Of a stretch of 64,000 bases of DNA, positions 39,797 through 49,977 are shown in pieces. Origin of the DNA: an uncultured Opitutus sp. (GTDB taxonomy: Bacteria > Verrucomicrobiota > Verrucomicrobiia > Opitutales > Opitutaceae); contig CBINOT010000001.1 of the NCBI GenBank assembly GCA_966252355.1, positions 724 to 64,723 of the forward strand, written 5' to 3'. The translations under genes were made by a program, and so were the position numbers. The notes beneath the pieces were generated by a model. The model was not told the DNA's origin. It was given only the letters and a program-made list of their open reading frames with translations, and searched no databases. Every line of letters starts with the position of its first letter. The first letter of the stretch is position 1.

Positions 39797-42067
39797 TTAG
39801 GAGTCGTTCGAGCGTGGACGTCCGAGCGGAATTTCTTCCCACACCGCCTGCCACTGGTTCGCTTCGGCGAGCGTCGTTTCACCGCGGGCGACGAGCGCGA
39901 GCGCCGATTGATAGACGCGTGGAAATCGATTCGCCTTCATCCACTCTTCGACTGCCCTGACGGGTCGCTTTTCCGCGATCAACTGGGCGACATCTTCGGT
40001 GATCGGCAGCATCTCGAAAGCGCCGACCTGGCCTTTGTAGCCAGTGCCACGGCACTCGTCACAGTTACCGCGTATCGCGTCGAACAAACAGGCCGGAACA
40101 TCGACGTCGTGGCGGCGAAACAAATTCCGCTCCGGTTCGGTGACCGCCCGACGGCCTGTATCCTTGCAGCGCTTGCAAAGCCGGCGCACCAGACGCTGAC
40201 TGACGATGAGCGTCGCTGCATTAGCAAACATCTGCGCGTTCACGCCGGTATCCACCAGCCGCTCGACCGTATGCGCACATGACATCGTGTGCAGCGTCGC
40301 AAACACGATGTGCCCGGTGAGTGTAAGCCGAATGGCAGTTTCGGCGGTTTGACGGTCGCGGATTTCGCCGACCATGCCAACGTCGGGATCCTGGCGCAGA
40401 AAGCCCGACAACAAGACGTCCCAGTCGACGGCGCGCGCCTTATCGAGCTCCGCTTGATTGACGCCGTCCATCTCGTACTCCACCGGATCCTCCATCGTAG
40501 TGATGTTGATGTCCGCCGTGTTGATTTCAGCTAACGCGGAGAACGTAGTCGTCGTCTTGCCCGAGCCGGTTGGCCCGCAAAGCAAGATAAGGCCGTACGG
40601 CCGCGTGATCGCGCGCCGCATCAGCGCGGCTTCGCGGATCGGCATCAGTTCATCCAATGACGGCACTTCGCCGCGGCGCGGCAAATAGCGGATCGCCAGC
40701 TTCTGCCCGACGCCGCGGATCGGATACGCTGCGACACGCAAATTAACGATGTCCGCACCATGGAAGACGGTGCAGGCGCCGTCTTGCGGCATCCACCGTT
40801 CGGGCGCCATGCCGAATTGCTCTTTCGCAGCGCCGACCACCATTTTGCCGAAGTCGATTGGCATCTCGAGCCACTCTTCGAGGTAGCCGTCGATGCGCGC
40901 CCGGACGCGGTACGATTCCAAGCCAAGTTCGATGTGGAGATCCGTGGCGCCGTGCGAGATTCCTGCCGACAGCTCCTTCAAGAATACTTTTAACGGGTCA
41001 CGGTCCGGTCGCCGCGCGTTATACGACTCCAGCTCACGAATGTCTTTTTGTGTCAGGCGAATGACGCCTGGTTCCCGCGCATTCTCCGCGGCTCGCGCGC
41101 GTGTCCGCGCGTCCTCGATCTTAACCCGCGGCCGACCGCCGGTCTTCGTGTCGATCTCGTCACGATGGCGCGGAGGGACGTACGGTTCCGCGGACGCCGC
41201 TCGGTCGATCGCGCGGGTCGCATCGAGCAGCAAGAAATGCACGTGCCATCCTTCGCCCAGCTCGTTGAGCAGAATGTCTTCCACGTCGGGTTGCGGCAGC
41301 CGCTCCATCCCAACCCATACGTTTTTCGCGTATTCAGCCACGACCCGCAATCGGGCGGCCAGGGGCGCCGGAAGGCGCCGCGTCACCTGGTCCGGAGCGG
41401 CGACTACGGTCGGATCGGCGACGCCTCCGCGCTCGAGCAACACCCAGCATGCGCCGAGATAACCCGCGGGGAGATCGCTCTCGTTGACCTCGTCGGAATC
41501 GACGAGGATATCGTGCAGCCGCTGAGCGTCGACCTGCTGATTCGGAAAGTACTCGAGCAGAAATCGCAGTGCGGCACGGACGGTCGTCGGGCGAATTAAC
41601 TTCGCATCGGTGCCGGGAAACATCCGGCGCGGTTGCACGCAACCGTCGGACTCCCAGTCCGGCTTGGCGGCGTTTTCGATCAACGGCGCACAGAGTTTGA
41701 GGTGCCGTTCGTATTCCTGCTTTCTCAGCAGAACCGGCTGAAACCAGCCGGTCGGCAACGGGGCGTGGAAAGAGGGCTGGCAATGTCCCAACACGAGCAT
41801 TGGTCCGACCCGCCCGACCGGCAGCCAAGGAGTTTCCGCGGGATCGAACTTCGCGCCGATGAGATCGAGCCATTGTCCATACAGCTGAAGCGCCGACGCA
41901 TATACGGAGCCCGATGCCAGCGTTACAGGGTAAATGCGCTGGTTGATGAACGCATGTCGGACGTCGTCGCCACTCAGCCCAAAGTTTTGTTCGTTGCCGA
42001 CGAGACGGTCGCCGGCCGCAGTTGCGACCGCGTGGGAAACTGGCACCAGCGCGGATGTGGCGGTCAT
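39797..42067 (-). CDS. pilB: Extension ATPase PilB/GspE
   Basis: GPTGSGKTTT, TMEDPVEY, LRQDPDVGMVGEIRD, His box GHIVFATLH, tetracysteine CKRC...CDEC; divergent ~300-aa N-terminus; ATGA overlap. Confidence 0.93.
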   Translation of the reverse strand: MTATSALVPVSHAVATAAGDRLVGNEQNFGLSGDDVRHAFINQRIYPVTLASGSVYASALQLYGQWLDLIGAKFDPAETPWLPVGRVGPMLVLGHCQPSFHAPLPTGWFQPVLLRKQEYERHLKLCAPLIENAAKPDWESDGCVQPRRMFPGTDAKLIRPTTVRAALRFLLEYFPNQQVDAQRLHDILVDSDEVNESDLPAGYLGACWVLLERGGVADPTVVAAPDQVTRRLPAPLAARLRVVAEYAKNVWVGMERLPQPDVEDILLNELGEGWHVHFLLLDATRAIDRAASAEPYVPPRHRDEIDTKTGGRPRVKIEDARTRARAAENAREPGVIRLTQKDIRELESYNARRPDRDPLKVFLKELSAGISHGATDLHIELGLESYRVRARIDGYLEEWLEMPIDFGKMVVGAAKEQFGMAPERWMPQDGACTVFHGADIVNLRVAAYPIRGVGQKLAIRYLPRRGEVPSLDELMPIREAALMRRAITRPYGLILLCGPTGSGKTTTTFSALAEINTADINITTMEDPVEYEMDGVNQAELDKARAVDWDVLLSGFLRQDPDVGMVGEIRDRQTAETAIRLTLTGHIVFATLHTMSCAHTVERLVDTGVNAQMFANAATLIVSQRLVRRLCKRCKDTGRRAVTEPERNLFRRHDVDVPACLFDAIRGNCDECRGTGYKGQVGAFEMLPITEDVAQLIAEKRPVRAVEEWMKANRFPRVYQSALALVARGETTLAEANQWQAVWEEIPLGRPRSNDS

Positions 42068-43086
42068 CGTGCTTTCAGAAAGGCCGGCAACGGGTACGTG
42101 ACGTCGCATTGCACCGGGCGGTCGACGGTGCCTCCAGCCACATGAAAGATGAGCCGGTCGTCGCCGATTTCTTTGAGTTTCGTTTTCGAGTCGGGGATCG
42201 GCCGTTCACGGTTCGCGCCAACGATGACATCGTCGCCGACACGAAACACGCGGCTGTCGATCACGACGATCGGCACTGCGCCGCGAATGACGCTCCGCAC
42301 TCGCCCATCCAATGCGAGTTCGAGGCGCGGCGTGATTTCGTCGCTGTCGTCGTGCACGAGCGGCATCGGGCGGTGTTCCGCCTGAACCGCGGGCTGCAAC
42401 GGGTTGCGATGAAAACCCACGGCGACCGGACCTTTGAGCCGGGCCGGCAAGTATTCAGACCAGGCGATTGCGGCGATCGCGTCCGGTAACGTCGCGGGAT
42501 CCGCAAGCGTGGCTGGCATGAACGCACGCCGCGGAGCGTTATCGTGGAGTGGCTGAACCAATCGAATGGTTAGCCCCGTATTCCCGCCAACGTTGGACGA
42601 AAACTCGCATCCTTCGATCAGGGCGGCCGGGTAGCGCTCTTCGACTTTTCCCAGCCACGTCATCAACGCGGTGAGGTCCTTGCCGCTCGCGCGCAACGTC
42701 ACGCGTTGCACGCGCACCGGGAGACCCTGAAATGGATACCGCTCGGGTTGGGGCGTGATGGCATTGTCCGTGACCAGACCGAGCTGGCGTTGCGCGATCG
42801 CCTCGATGTCGGACCGCACTCGCTCGGCGGCGCCTTTCTCGGGTAGCCGCGCGACGGGCGTCCAGGCGGCGGCAAATTCGCGCACCGGTTCGATTGCCCG
42901 CTGCAGTCGCTCGACCTTTTGCCGCTGCGCGGTGCGTAGCTGAGCACCTGCCTTATCCGCCTCGAGCAGCTGCGAATATCGGATCCGAGCTTCGCTTGCG
43001 ACGGCGTTCGCCAACACCGCAGCGCCGGCAAGCACGACGAATACGACGGCAATTCCGAAAAACGTGCGGGTATAATAGCCTTTCAT
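42064..43086 (-). CDS. PilO/GspM-like alignment protein with extra C-terminal domain
   Basis: N-terminal TM segment, coiled coil, ferredoxin-like segment (VTLRASGKDLTALMTWLGKVE), then a PilP/GspC-like tail (VRSVIRGAVPIVVIDSRVFRVGD). Position in the operon supports this. Confidence 0.55.
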   Translation of the reverse strand: MKGYYTRTFFGIAVVFVVLAGAAVLANAVASEARIRYSQLLEADKAGAQLRTAQRQKVERLQRAIEPVREFAAAWTPVARLPEKGAAERVRSDIEAIAQRQLGLVTDNAITPQPERYPFQGLPVRVQRVTLRASGKDLTALMTWLGKVEERYPAALIEGCEFSSNVGGNTGLTIRLVQPLHDNAPRRAFMPATLADPATLPDAIAAIAWSEYLPARLKGPVAVGFHRNPLQPAVQAEHRPMPLVHDDSDEITPRLELALDGRVRSVIRGAVPIVVIDSRVFRVGDDVIVGANRERPIPDSKTKLKEIGDDRLIFHVAGGTVDRPVQCDVTYPLPAFLKAR

Positions 43087-44570
43087 GCCGAGTGCGCCTC
43101 TCCTGCATCCGGCACGATGATGTGCATTCGATACTGAATCGCGCGCGCGACTCCGGCTGCGCCGACCGGCAATTCTTCGCCGCCAATTTTAAACTTCAGG
43201 TCCTTGATGCTCTGCTCCACGGCGCGATGCGTGCCGAGCTGGGTGTCTTGGTCCCCGATGACGACAAATGTCAGGGTAATCTGGCCGTCCTTGAGCTCGA
43301 CCGCGACCTTGTCGAGCGCGGCATTGCTCGGAATCTCTTTTAGCAGCCGGTAGCAGAACTGTTGCGCGTGATAGTTGGCCGCGACCCACGAGCGCAAGGC
43401 GCTCGCTTCTACGAAATCGTTTCCGATCCGGGCGAGCGTGTTGGCGTCTTGCTCGTTTTCGATTGCCCGCTGTGCCGCTTCTTTTTCCAGCCGGTACGAT
43501 TCGTAGCCGGTCCGCACTGCGTAGACGATATTCACCGTCGCGACGATCGCGAGGGTCGCCGCGACCACACCGCACCCCACGATAGCCCGGCGCCAGGAGC
43601 GTGGCAGCGCGGGTCGAACTTCCTTCGCTTCGAAATTCAAGTCATGGACGATTTGCGGCGCGACTGCGACGTGTTGCGTGTCGTGGGCCGCATGAGCTGG
43701 TGGACGGACGATCTCCGCATCGGGCGTTTCCTTTTTTACCGCGCTGCAAAGCTCTTCCGGTCCGATGAACGTCACCGACCGGCCGGCATTCGCATGAATG
43801 AATCGGGCAATGTCTTCCTCGATGGCGCTCGGCCGTTGGACGGCTTGACGCGGTTGCTCAGCTTCGACGGCTCCGCGGGGCGGCACAAAATCGCCTTGAT
43901 CGATATTCAGCAGGAGCGCGCTGAGACCGTCGGTCAGGAGCACGTCGCGCGCGAGTCCGGTCTCGCCTTGGGTTGCCAGCCAAAGCTCGAGTTGCGCCGC
44001 TACGGCGATACGCACCGCGGCAACGCCAAGGCCGCTTTTATGAGCTTCCGCTGCGATTTCTTCGACTTCGCGCCGCCGGAGAGAAAACACGACTGACTTA
44101 TCGAGGACGGGATGGTCGATGGCCGTATAGACCCGATCGACCTGCGCGCGCGGCACGACGATTTCCGGAGACTCGAACATCAAGCGATGACGGGAGAACG
44201 GCGAAGCGACTTCGTTCGATTCGGGGCGAGCGGCCCGCTGGCCAAGCACGGCCTGCCAGCCCGTCGCCATGACGATGATCGCCCAACGCGCCTTGGTTGC
44301 GGCGACTTCAGAGCGTAACGTTTCGCCGAACTCCGCGGTGCCGCGTTGTTTGATGTTCCGGATGCCGGTTAGCTTCGGCTTTCCATCACGATCGAACGTC
44401 ACGCGGACGGTCGCGGCCTTGTCCAAGGCGACATGAATCGCCAATATGGTTTGACCGCGAAACCTGACGCCAAGCGGCGCGGTTACATCCGTGCGATGAG
44501 CCTCATGTGCGCTCCCGGTCAAGAGTTCGCCCAGAGGCGTTCCACGAAAATGAGTCCAAACGGGAGGCAC
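43083..44570 (-). CDS. GspL-like (PilM+PilN fused) bitopic protein
   Basis: ~330-aa cytoplasmic region, one TM segment (AIVGCGVVAATLAIVATVNIVYAV), coiled coil and a PilN-like periplasmic domain. Confidence 0.55.
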   Translation of the reverse strand: MPPVWTHFRGTPLGELLTGSAHEAHRTDVTAPLGVRFRGQTILAIHVALDKAATVRVTFDRDGKPKLTGIRNIKQRGTAEFGETLRSEVAATKARWAIIVMATGWQAVLGQRAARPESNEVASPFSRHRLMFESPEIVVPRAQVDRVYTAIDHPVLDKSVVFSLRRREVEEIAAEAHKSGLGVAAVRIAVAAQLELWLATQGETGLARDVLLTDGLSALLLNIDQGDFVPPRGAVEAEQPRQAVQRPSAIEEDIARFIHANAGRSVTFIGPEELCSAVKKETPDAEIVRPPAHAAHDTQHVAVAPQIVHDLNFEAKEVRPALPRSWRRAIVGCGVVAATLAIVATVNIVYAVRTGYESYRLEKEAAQRAIENEQDANTLARIGNDFVEASALRSWVAANYHAQQFCYRLLKEIPSNAALDKVAVELKDGQITLTFVVIGDQDTQLGTHRAVEQSIKDLKFKIGGEELPVGAAGVARAIQYRMHIIVPDAGEAHSA

Positions 44571-44615
44571 GGCGATAGAATGTTATCTAGATAGTTTTAG
44601 TAAATGTTTTTTTAC

Positions 44616-45641
44616 TCACAATGGCAGCAGGCCTTGTTGCTTGCGCTGCGCAATGCTGTCCTCCCATTGCATCATCCCGAGGCGCCGCGACACTTCCATC
44701 TCCTGCCGCAATCCCATCCAGTTTCCTTGGCGAACGAGACGTTCCATTTGCGTGAGTCGCTCCCCGTGGTCGTTGCGGAAATACATTACTTCAAAGATCG
44801 GGACTAGGCCTTGCATCCCGGGCACCAAGCGTTGCAACACGACGCCTTCGAGGCATGACGCCAACGCGTCGCGTGCGCCTACGTCCTCCATGTTGGGATT
44901 GATGATGCTAAGGAAGCGCTGCGGTGTCGTCGGCGCGGTGTAGGCGTGGATCGACGCCACGACGACGTGGCCGCTCAGCGCGGCTGACAAAGCCGTTTCC
45001 GCTTCGTCACGTCGCCGAATTTCCTGCACCATGAGCACGTTCGGCTTTTCCTGCAGCGCTTCTTCGAGCGCCGCTGCGTACGTGATCGCTTGGACGCCAA
45101 CCTCGCGCTGATGGAAAACTGCTTTTTCGCTGTCCTCGTGTTCGAATTCGATCGGACGTTCGATCGTGATAAATTTGCCTCCGACTTCTACGGCGCGCGC
45201 CTTCAACAACGAGGCGAGGGTCCAGGTTTTCCCCGAGCCGGTGACGCCACCGACGAGAAAGAGGCCACCTTGAAGGCGCAAAAAGTATTCCTTCAAACCG
45301 GATGGCAGCCGCAGGTCTTCCGGCTTCACGATCGTTCGCGGCAACGGTCGCACCGAAACCGCTTCGCCTTCGCGGTTGGCTGAAATGGTGACGCGATATC
45401 GCCGACCCTTCGGGTCCCGCACGACCGTGGTAAATCCGCATCGACGGTCTGGCGGTCGCTCTGGTAGCCACGCCGCAATCGTTTGAGCCCATGTTTCGGC
45501 GAGCGCGGGGATCCGCGTGACCGAGAGCATCGTGTTCCGACATACGGCAACACATCCCGTCGATTTTAACGTCACGTCTGTCGTGCCCGGCTGCACCGTG
45601 ATCTGGTCGAGTAATTCGAAAACCGGAAAGGCGGTCGTCAT
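44616..45641 (-). CDS. pilT: Divergent PilT-like retraction ATPase
   Basis: 341 aa; GGVTGSGKT, ITIERPIEF, QREVG, ALQEKPNVLMVQEIR, SGHVVVASIHA. Confidence 0.8.
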   Translation of the reverse strand: MTTAFPVFELLDQITVQPGTTDVTLKSTGCVAVCRNTMLSVTRIPALAETWAQTIAAWLPERPPDRRCGFTTVVRDPKGRRYRVTISANREGEAVSVRPLPRTIVKPEDLRLPSGLKEYFLRLQGGLFLVGGVTGSGKTWTLASLLKARAVEVGGKFITIERPIEFEHEDSEKAVFHQREVGVQAITYAAALEEALQEKPNVLMVQEIRRRDEAETALSAALSGHVVVASIHAYTAPTTPQRFLSIINPNMEDVGARDALASCLEGVVLQRLVPGMQGLVPIFEVMYFRNDHGERLTQMERLVRQGNWMGLRQEMEVSRRLGMMQWEDSIAQRKQQGLLPL

Positions 45642-45644
45642 GCG

Positions 45645-46976
45645 TCAAGGTATGACTGAAATGGAAAGCGTCGTGCCGGTGCTGACCGATGTGCCGTTCT
45701 CGAACGATAGGCGTCCAATCGGCGTCCCGTCCGGTCCCGCCGGTGCGCTAAACTGCATCGACCCTGGCGCGTAAAAACCGCCGCGGTCTGCGGCGCTCGA
45801 CAATAACGGTACGCCCAAAACCGACTTTGTGCGCGAGAATGTCCACGAAGCGCCATCGGTCGCCGCGCCGTTCGGGACGACGGGAGTTGCGGCGACGACG
45901 ACGGCATCTGCCCACAACGACAATGCATCGGCCGCGAAAAACGATTTCAGGTCGCCGGAGAATGGGCCGGCGACATCGTGAAACGTCGCTTGGAAGCCGA
46001 TCGATTGCGCCATCCACGCGTTGCCGAACACCGCTTTTGTCGTCGCGGGAAAATCGATCTTCAATGTCACCGCGCCGCTTTGCACCGCATAGAAGCTCGC
46101 ATAGTCGAAAGCCAGCGTGGCGCCGCCGGCATTTTCGACGGTGTTGCGAGCGACGATGGGCGCTCCTAAGCCAATCTTGTAGTCGAAGTTTGTGTTCGTG
46201 CTCGGCTCGTAAATCTGGAGCCGGCCATCGGGTCGGGTAACAAACCAGCGCGTGCGCCCATCGGCCAAGGTCGCACTGCGATCGCCGCCGCCGACATTGC
46301 CGGGATATTCGGTCCAAGCCGCTCCGGTCACATGGTTCAGGAGATCGATGGCCGTAACGGTGTAGCGGACCGCATCGGGCGCGCGGACTGTGGCGAAGGG
46401 CTGGTTCAATACCATGCTCACGTTCGTGCCTGCAGCGCTGGCGGCGACGATCTCGAGCGTATAGGGATCGCCCGTCCCGGCGGGAGATAGAGCGTTCGCT
46501 GCGACAATGGAGCCATCCGCCGGTGTCACCACCGGTGCTGGCATGACTACGGGAGCCAGCGGAGCCGCGGGTTTCGTTCGAGCAGCTACCGCGCCGCCGG
46601 CCCCGATCTGATAGCCTGCGCCAACGAGTCGCGTTTCGGCCACGGTATTATCGAGGGCTGCGCGCAGTGGAACGATCCGAGCGATGCCAGGCGTTGCGGT
46701 CACTTCGTCGTGCGTGACTGCCAGCTGCGGCACCGTGGGGACGGATGCATTTGTCACCGACATCAGCCCCGGTGCGAGGGATGGATCGATTCCGGCGGCG
46801 AGCGCTTGGTCGTTGAACGATCGCCACGCTTCACGACGTCCTTGCTGGCCCATGGCGCTGTTCAGATCGTGAATGCGACTCACAAAGATCAGAAAAGGCC
46901 CGAGCACCACGCCGACGAACACAATGGCGATGACGAACTCGATTAACGTGAATCCAGCGATGCGCCTCGGTTTCAT
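45645..46976 (-). CDS. Large minor pilin/pseudopilin
   Basis: Class III signal MKPRRIAG|FTLIEFVIAIV; ATGA overlap. Confidence 0.85.
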   Translation of the reverse strand: MKPRRIAGFTLIEFVIAIVFVGVVLGPFLIFVSRIHDLNSAMGQQGRREAWRSFNDQALAAGIDPSLAPGLMSVTNASVPTVPQLAVTHDEVTATPGIARIVPLRAALDNTVAETRLVGAGYQIGAGGAVAARTKPAAPLAPVVMPAPVVTPADGSIVAANALSPAGTGDPYTLEIVAASAAGTNVSMVLNQPFATVRAPDAVRYTVTAIDLLNHVTGAAWTEYPGNVGGGDRSATLADGRTRWFVTRPDGRLQIYEPSTNTNFDYKIGLGAPIVARNTVENAGGATLAFDYASFYAVQSGAVTLKIDFPATTKAVFGNAWMAQSIGFQATFHDVAGPFSGDLKSFFAADALSLWADAVVVAATPVVPNGAATDGASWTFSRTKSVLGVPLLSSAADRGGFYAPGSMQFSAPAGPDGTPIGRLSFENGTSVSTGTTLSISVIP

Positions 46977-48331
46977 AGCCGCACGGTGTTGGTTGCCACG
47001 TACACCACGCGCGGAGCGATCGCTTCGATCGCACTGGGTAATGGCGCGCTGGTGACCGCATGTTCCGGAATTCCGGTGCTGCCGGACCAATACGAGAGAT
47101 GCCCTACGGTAATGGGGCCGTCGGGATTCATCGTGCTCGTCGGATCTAGAAACAGCGCCCCGTTGAGCGCGGTGCCGGCACCCGCGATTACGCGAATGTT
47201 GTAGCCGACGATCACGATGGGACGTGCGATCGTCGTGAGCTCAACCGTCAGCGGCCCTGTGCCGGAATCGGCGGGCCCCAAGATCAGAAGAAACAGCGGC
47301 GATGTTGCCGTGCTTCCTACCGAGTCGGATAGACGGATGGTTTTCCCAATCTCTTCGGTAAAGACGACCGCGGCATCTTTGATGAGCGTCACCGTCCCGT
47401 ACGTTCCGCTGCCGGCAAGCGCGAGGTCCCACGAAGTCACCAGTCCTGCCGTGCTCATGCCTGCCAGCGTGGCCGTGCCCGATGCAGCATCGAGGTCGTG
47501 AAAGTGCGTGATGCCCGCATACTCGGCCACCCGATCGACGAACAGTTGCGAGAAGAGGTATTGATACGCCGCGGCGAGCGTGGCGCGGCGACGATAGTGG
47601 TACGGCAGAACGCCCTTTTGCGCTTGAAGGTCTGGCACGAAAGCAGCATCGCGCGATGGCACGAGTCCCCTTGGCGAATCCGGCGACGGTGCGATGACCG
47701 GAGCGGCGTCCGTCCGACCGATCTCGACCGGAAGATCGTATGCGGCGATCGGGAAGCGCGTCAGGGGCACGGCCATCAAGCGTGCTTTTACCTGGGTGCG
47801 ATACGTGCGGGTCGCGTCGAGAACCGTCCGTTCGCTGGCGAACTCGAACGTCGCTTCCGGATAGGCGGCAACGCGCGGGCCAACGAGCAAAGCGAGCTCT
47901 GGCGTGAGATACGGCTGTAAATCGGCGGAGACCGAGCTCAGTGCATCAGGTACGGCCGTTGCGTTTGGAAATCCCACGGTCGACGGCAGCGAGCTCGGTA
48001 TGACCGTCGCCGTAATCGCCGGATCGCCGTTGGTCAGTTGCCGCAAATGCACGTTAAGTGCCTCGGCCAGTGGCGTCGTCGATACGGACACCGCGATTTG
48101 GCGCGCGTCCAAGATCGTTTCAGCGACGACGCGTTCCAACCGGACGCTTTCGGTCGCGCCTTGCCGGTACGTATCGTAAGCGCGCGATGTCGTCGCAACG
48201 CTCGTCAACACCAGCACCTGCATTGAAGCGACCACCCCCACGAACGCGACGATAACCACGAACATCACGATCAGGTAGCCACCGTTGCGGGAGCGTTGGA
48301 TGCCTCGGCTGACATTTCCGGCGATCGTCAT
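46973..48331 (-). CDS. PilX/GspK-like minor pilin
   Basis: RSRNGG|YLIVMFVVIVAFVGVV signal lacking Glu5, as in PilX/GspK; large globular C-terminus. Confidence 0.75.
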   Translation of the reverse strand: MTIAGNVSRGIQRSRNGGYLIVMFVVIVAFVGVVASMQVLVLTSVATTSRAYDTYRQGATESVRLERVVAETILDARQIAVSVSTTPLAEALNVHLRQLTNGDPAITATVIPSSLPSTVGFPNATAVPDALSSVSADLQPYLTPELALLVGPRVAAYPEATFEFASERTVLDATRTYRTQVKARLMAVPLTRFPIAAYDLPVEIGRTDAAPVIAPSPDSPRGLVPSRDAAFVPDLQAQKGVLPYHYRRRATLAAAYQYLFSQLFVDRVAEYAGITHFHDLDAASGTATLAGMSTAGLVTSWDLALAGSGTYGTVTLIKDAAVVFTEEIGKTIRLSDSVGSTATSPLFLLILGPADSGTGPLTVELTTIARPIVIVGYNIRVIAGAGTALNGALFLDPTSTMNPDGPITVGHLSYWSGSTGIPEHAVTSAPLPSAIEAIAPRVVYVATNTVRL

Positions 48332-49131
48332 GGCGATACGGCGAGAAAATAGCTGAAGCGCGAAAACGCGGGGATGTCATCGGCCTGACCACGACTACCG
48401 GCGTAAACCCAGGGATCGGGGAATACGGCGCAAGTGGGTCCTTCTTCGCTCACAGCCCCGACGCGGTAACGCAGCCAGGTGTGAACGGCGCCGATGAATA
48501 CGCGCGACGAAAACGCCGGGCGTTCAGCATAGGCATAGCGCTGCGCACCTTCTTCGGCGTCCCATAACTTTACCTCCCGTACGGTAAATGGAATCGTCTC
48601 GGTGCCGTCGGATACCGAAATATCGTGTCGGCGTACTTGGACGAGACAGGTAATCGCGAGTGAGTTTCCGTTCATCCCGACCATCGCGACGGAAAAATCT
48701 TCGGCCGCCGTGTTGGTCTCCTGATCGCCCAGCTCCGACGCATACAAATCGTAGAAGCTCTTGGCATCCATCGGCAGCCCCCGCGTCATGTCGGCGATCA
48801 CGGGAAGCGTTTGGAGCTTCAGAGGACGCACCTGAGCAGCCGCGGCCTCGGTCGGAATTGAGAGGTGTTGTCCGCCGAAGACGTAGATCGCCCGTGCTGC
48901 AGCGGCCCGATTGGTCAACGTGTGATGCAAGCGCACCGCGGACGGAAATGAGCCGAAGGTTGGCGCGATGGGCAGCTCTTCACTGGAAAGCGTCACCCGT
49001 TGCGGCTGCAATCCTCGGATAAGCGCGATCAAGCCCGCCAGCAACGCCACGACTACGATGGACGACATGACCAGCACGATGACGACTTCCGCCAAGACGA
49101 AACCGCCCTTTGCCTCTACCTTGGGCTTCAC
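48328..49131 (-). CDS. PilW/GspJ-like minor pilin
   Basis: MKPKVEAKGG|FVLAEVVIVLV class III signal. Confidence 0.82.
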   Translation of the reverse strand: MKPKVEAKGGFVLAEVVIVLVMSSIVVVALLAGLIALIRGLQPQRVTLSSEELPIAPTFGSFPSAVRLHHTLTNRAAAARAIYVFGGQHLSIPTEAAAAQVRPLKLQTLPVIADMTRGLPMDAKSFYDLYASELGDQETNTAAEDFSVAMVGMNGNSLAITCLVQVRRHDISVSDGTETIPFTVREVKLWDAEEGAQRYAYAERPAFSSRVFIGAVHTWLRYRVGAVSEEGPTCAVFPDPWVYAGSRGQADDIPAFSRFSYFLAVSP

Positions 49132-49527
49132 TCAATCAGGGTAGTTAAGAGTCCCGCCGGCTTTGTCGCGAAGGACGGTCTTTGCTTTCAAAGCGCCTGC
49201 CAGGGTCAGTGTATAACCGCCGGTTGCGCTTAACCAATCCGACGGCGATCCGGTCAAGGTCCCGGCGTTCACGAGCAAGGTTGAACGATCGGCGTCGGAC
49301 GCGGCGGCGGCCCACTGCGTCGCCGCATCGGGCACGGTCATGGAATAGGTGAGCCGGGCCGCGTTCACAATCCGCGCTTTATTGACAGCCGCGGCTTCGC
49401 GACCCGCCGGCACTACATTGGTAAACCCACCGACGACCATGGTGGCGAGCAGTCCAATCACCATGACGACGACAAGGATTTCGAGCAGCGTGAACGCTGC
49501 TCGTGCCGTAGGCCGAGTCTGGTGCAT
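49132..49527 (-). CDS. Type IV pilin-like protein
   Basis: ARAA|FTLLEILVVVMVIGLLA, with Ala rather than Gly at -1. Confidence 0.88.
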   Translation of the reverse strand: MHQTRPTARAAFTLLEILVVVMVIGLLATMVVGGFTNVVPAGREAAAVNKARIVNAARLTYSMTVPDAATQWAAAASDADRSTLLVNAGTLTGSPSDWLSATGGYTLTLAGALKAKTVLRDKAGGTLNYPD

Positions 49528-49530
49528 TGG

Positions 49531-49977
49531 CTACGGCCTTTGTGTACGATCGCCGAGCTTGGCGGCGAAGGTCGGAGGCTTGGTCGATGTTCCGGCCGTG
49601 AAAGTATACGCGGCGGGATTAACGACCTGTTTCAGCTTCACTTCTTGTTTCTGTCCGCCTGGCACCGTTGCGGGTATCTCCACCCCGGCGGTTAACGCGT
49701 TGATGGCGGAAGTGCCATCGGCCCAAACGGACGTGTCGACGCCAGAGTTAAATAGCGTCTCCGCAAACTGATTCAACACCTGCGCGTTGTGGGTTTTCGC
49801 GGTGTCGTTCGTTGCATCGAAAAATCGATCGACCGTCGGAATAACGAGTGCCGCTAAAAGTCCGAGCGCAACGATCACGAGCAAGACCTCGAACATCGTA
49901 AAACCCTGCCGCTTACGGCGGCGCGGTGACGGCGAAGCAAGCTGCGCAGCAGCCTGAGAGGTGAGATTTTGAGTCAT
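49531..49977 (-). CDS. Type IV pilin-like protein (probable major pilin)
   Basis: RRRKRQG|FTMFEVLLVIVALGLLAALVIP; first gene of the operon; alternative GTG start at 50004. Confidence 0.9.
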   Translation of the reverse strand: MTQNLTSQAAAQLASPSPRRRKRQGFTMFEVLLVIVALGLLAALVIPTVDRFFDATNDTAKTHNAQVLNQFAETLFNSGVDTSVWADGTSAINALTAGVEIPATVPGGQKQEVKLKQVVNPAAYTFTAGTSTKPPTFAAKLGDRTQRP

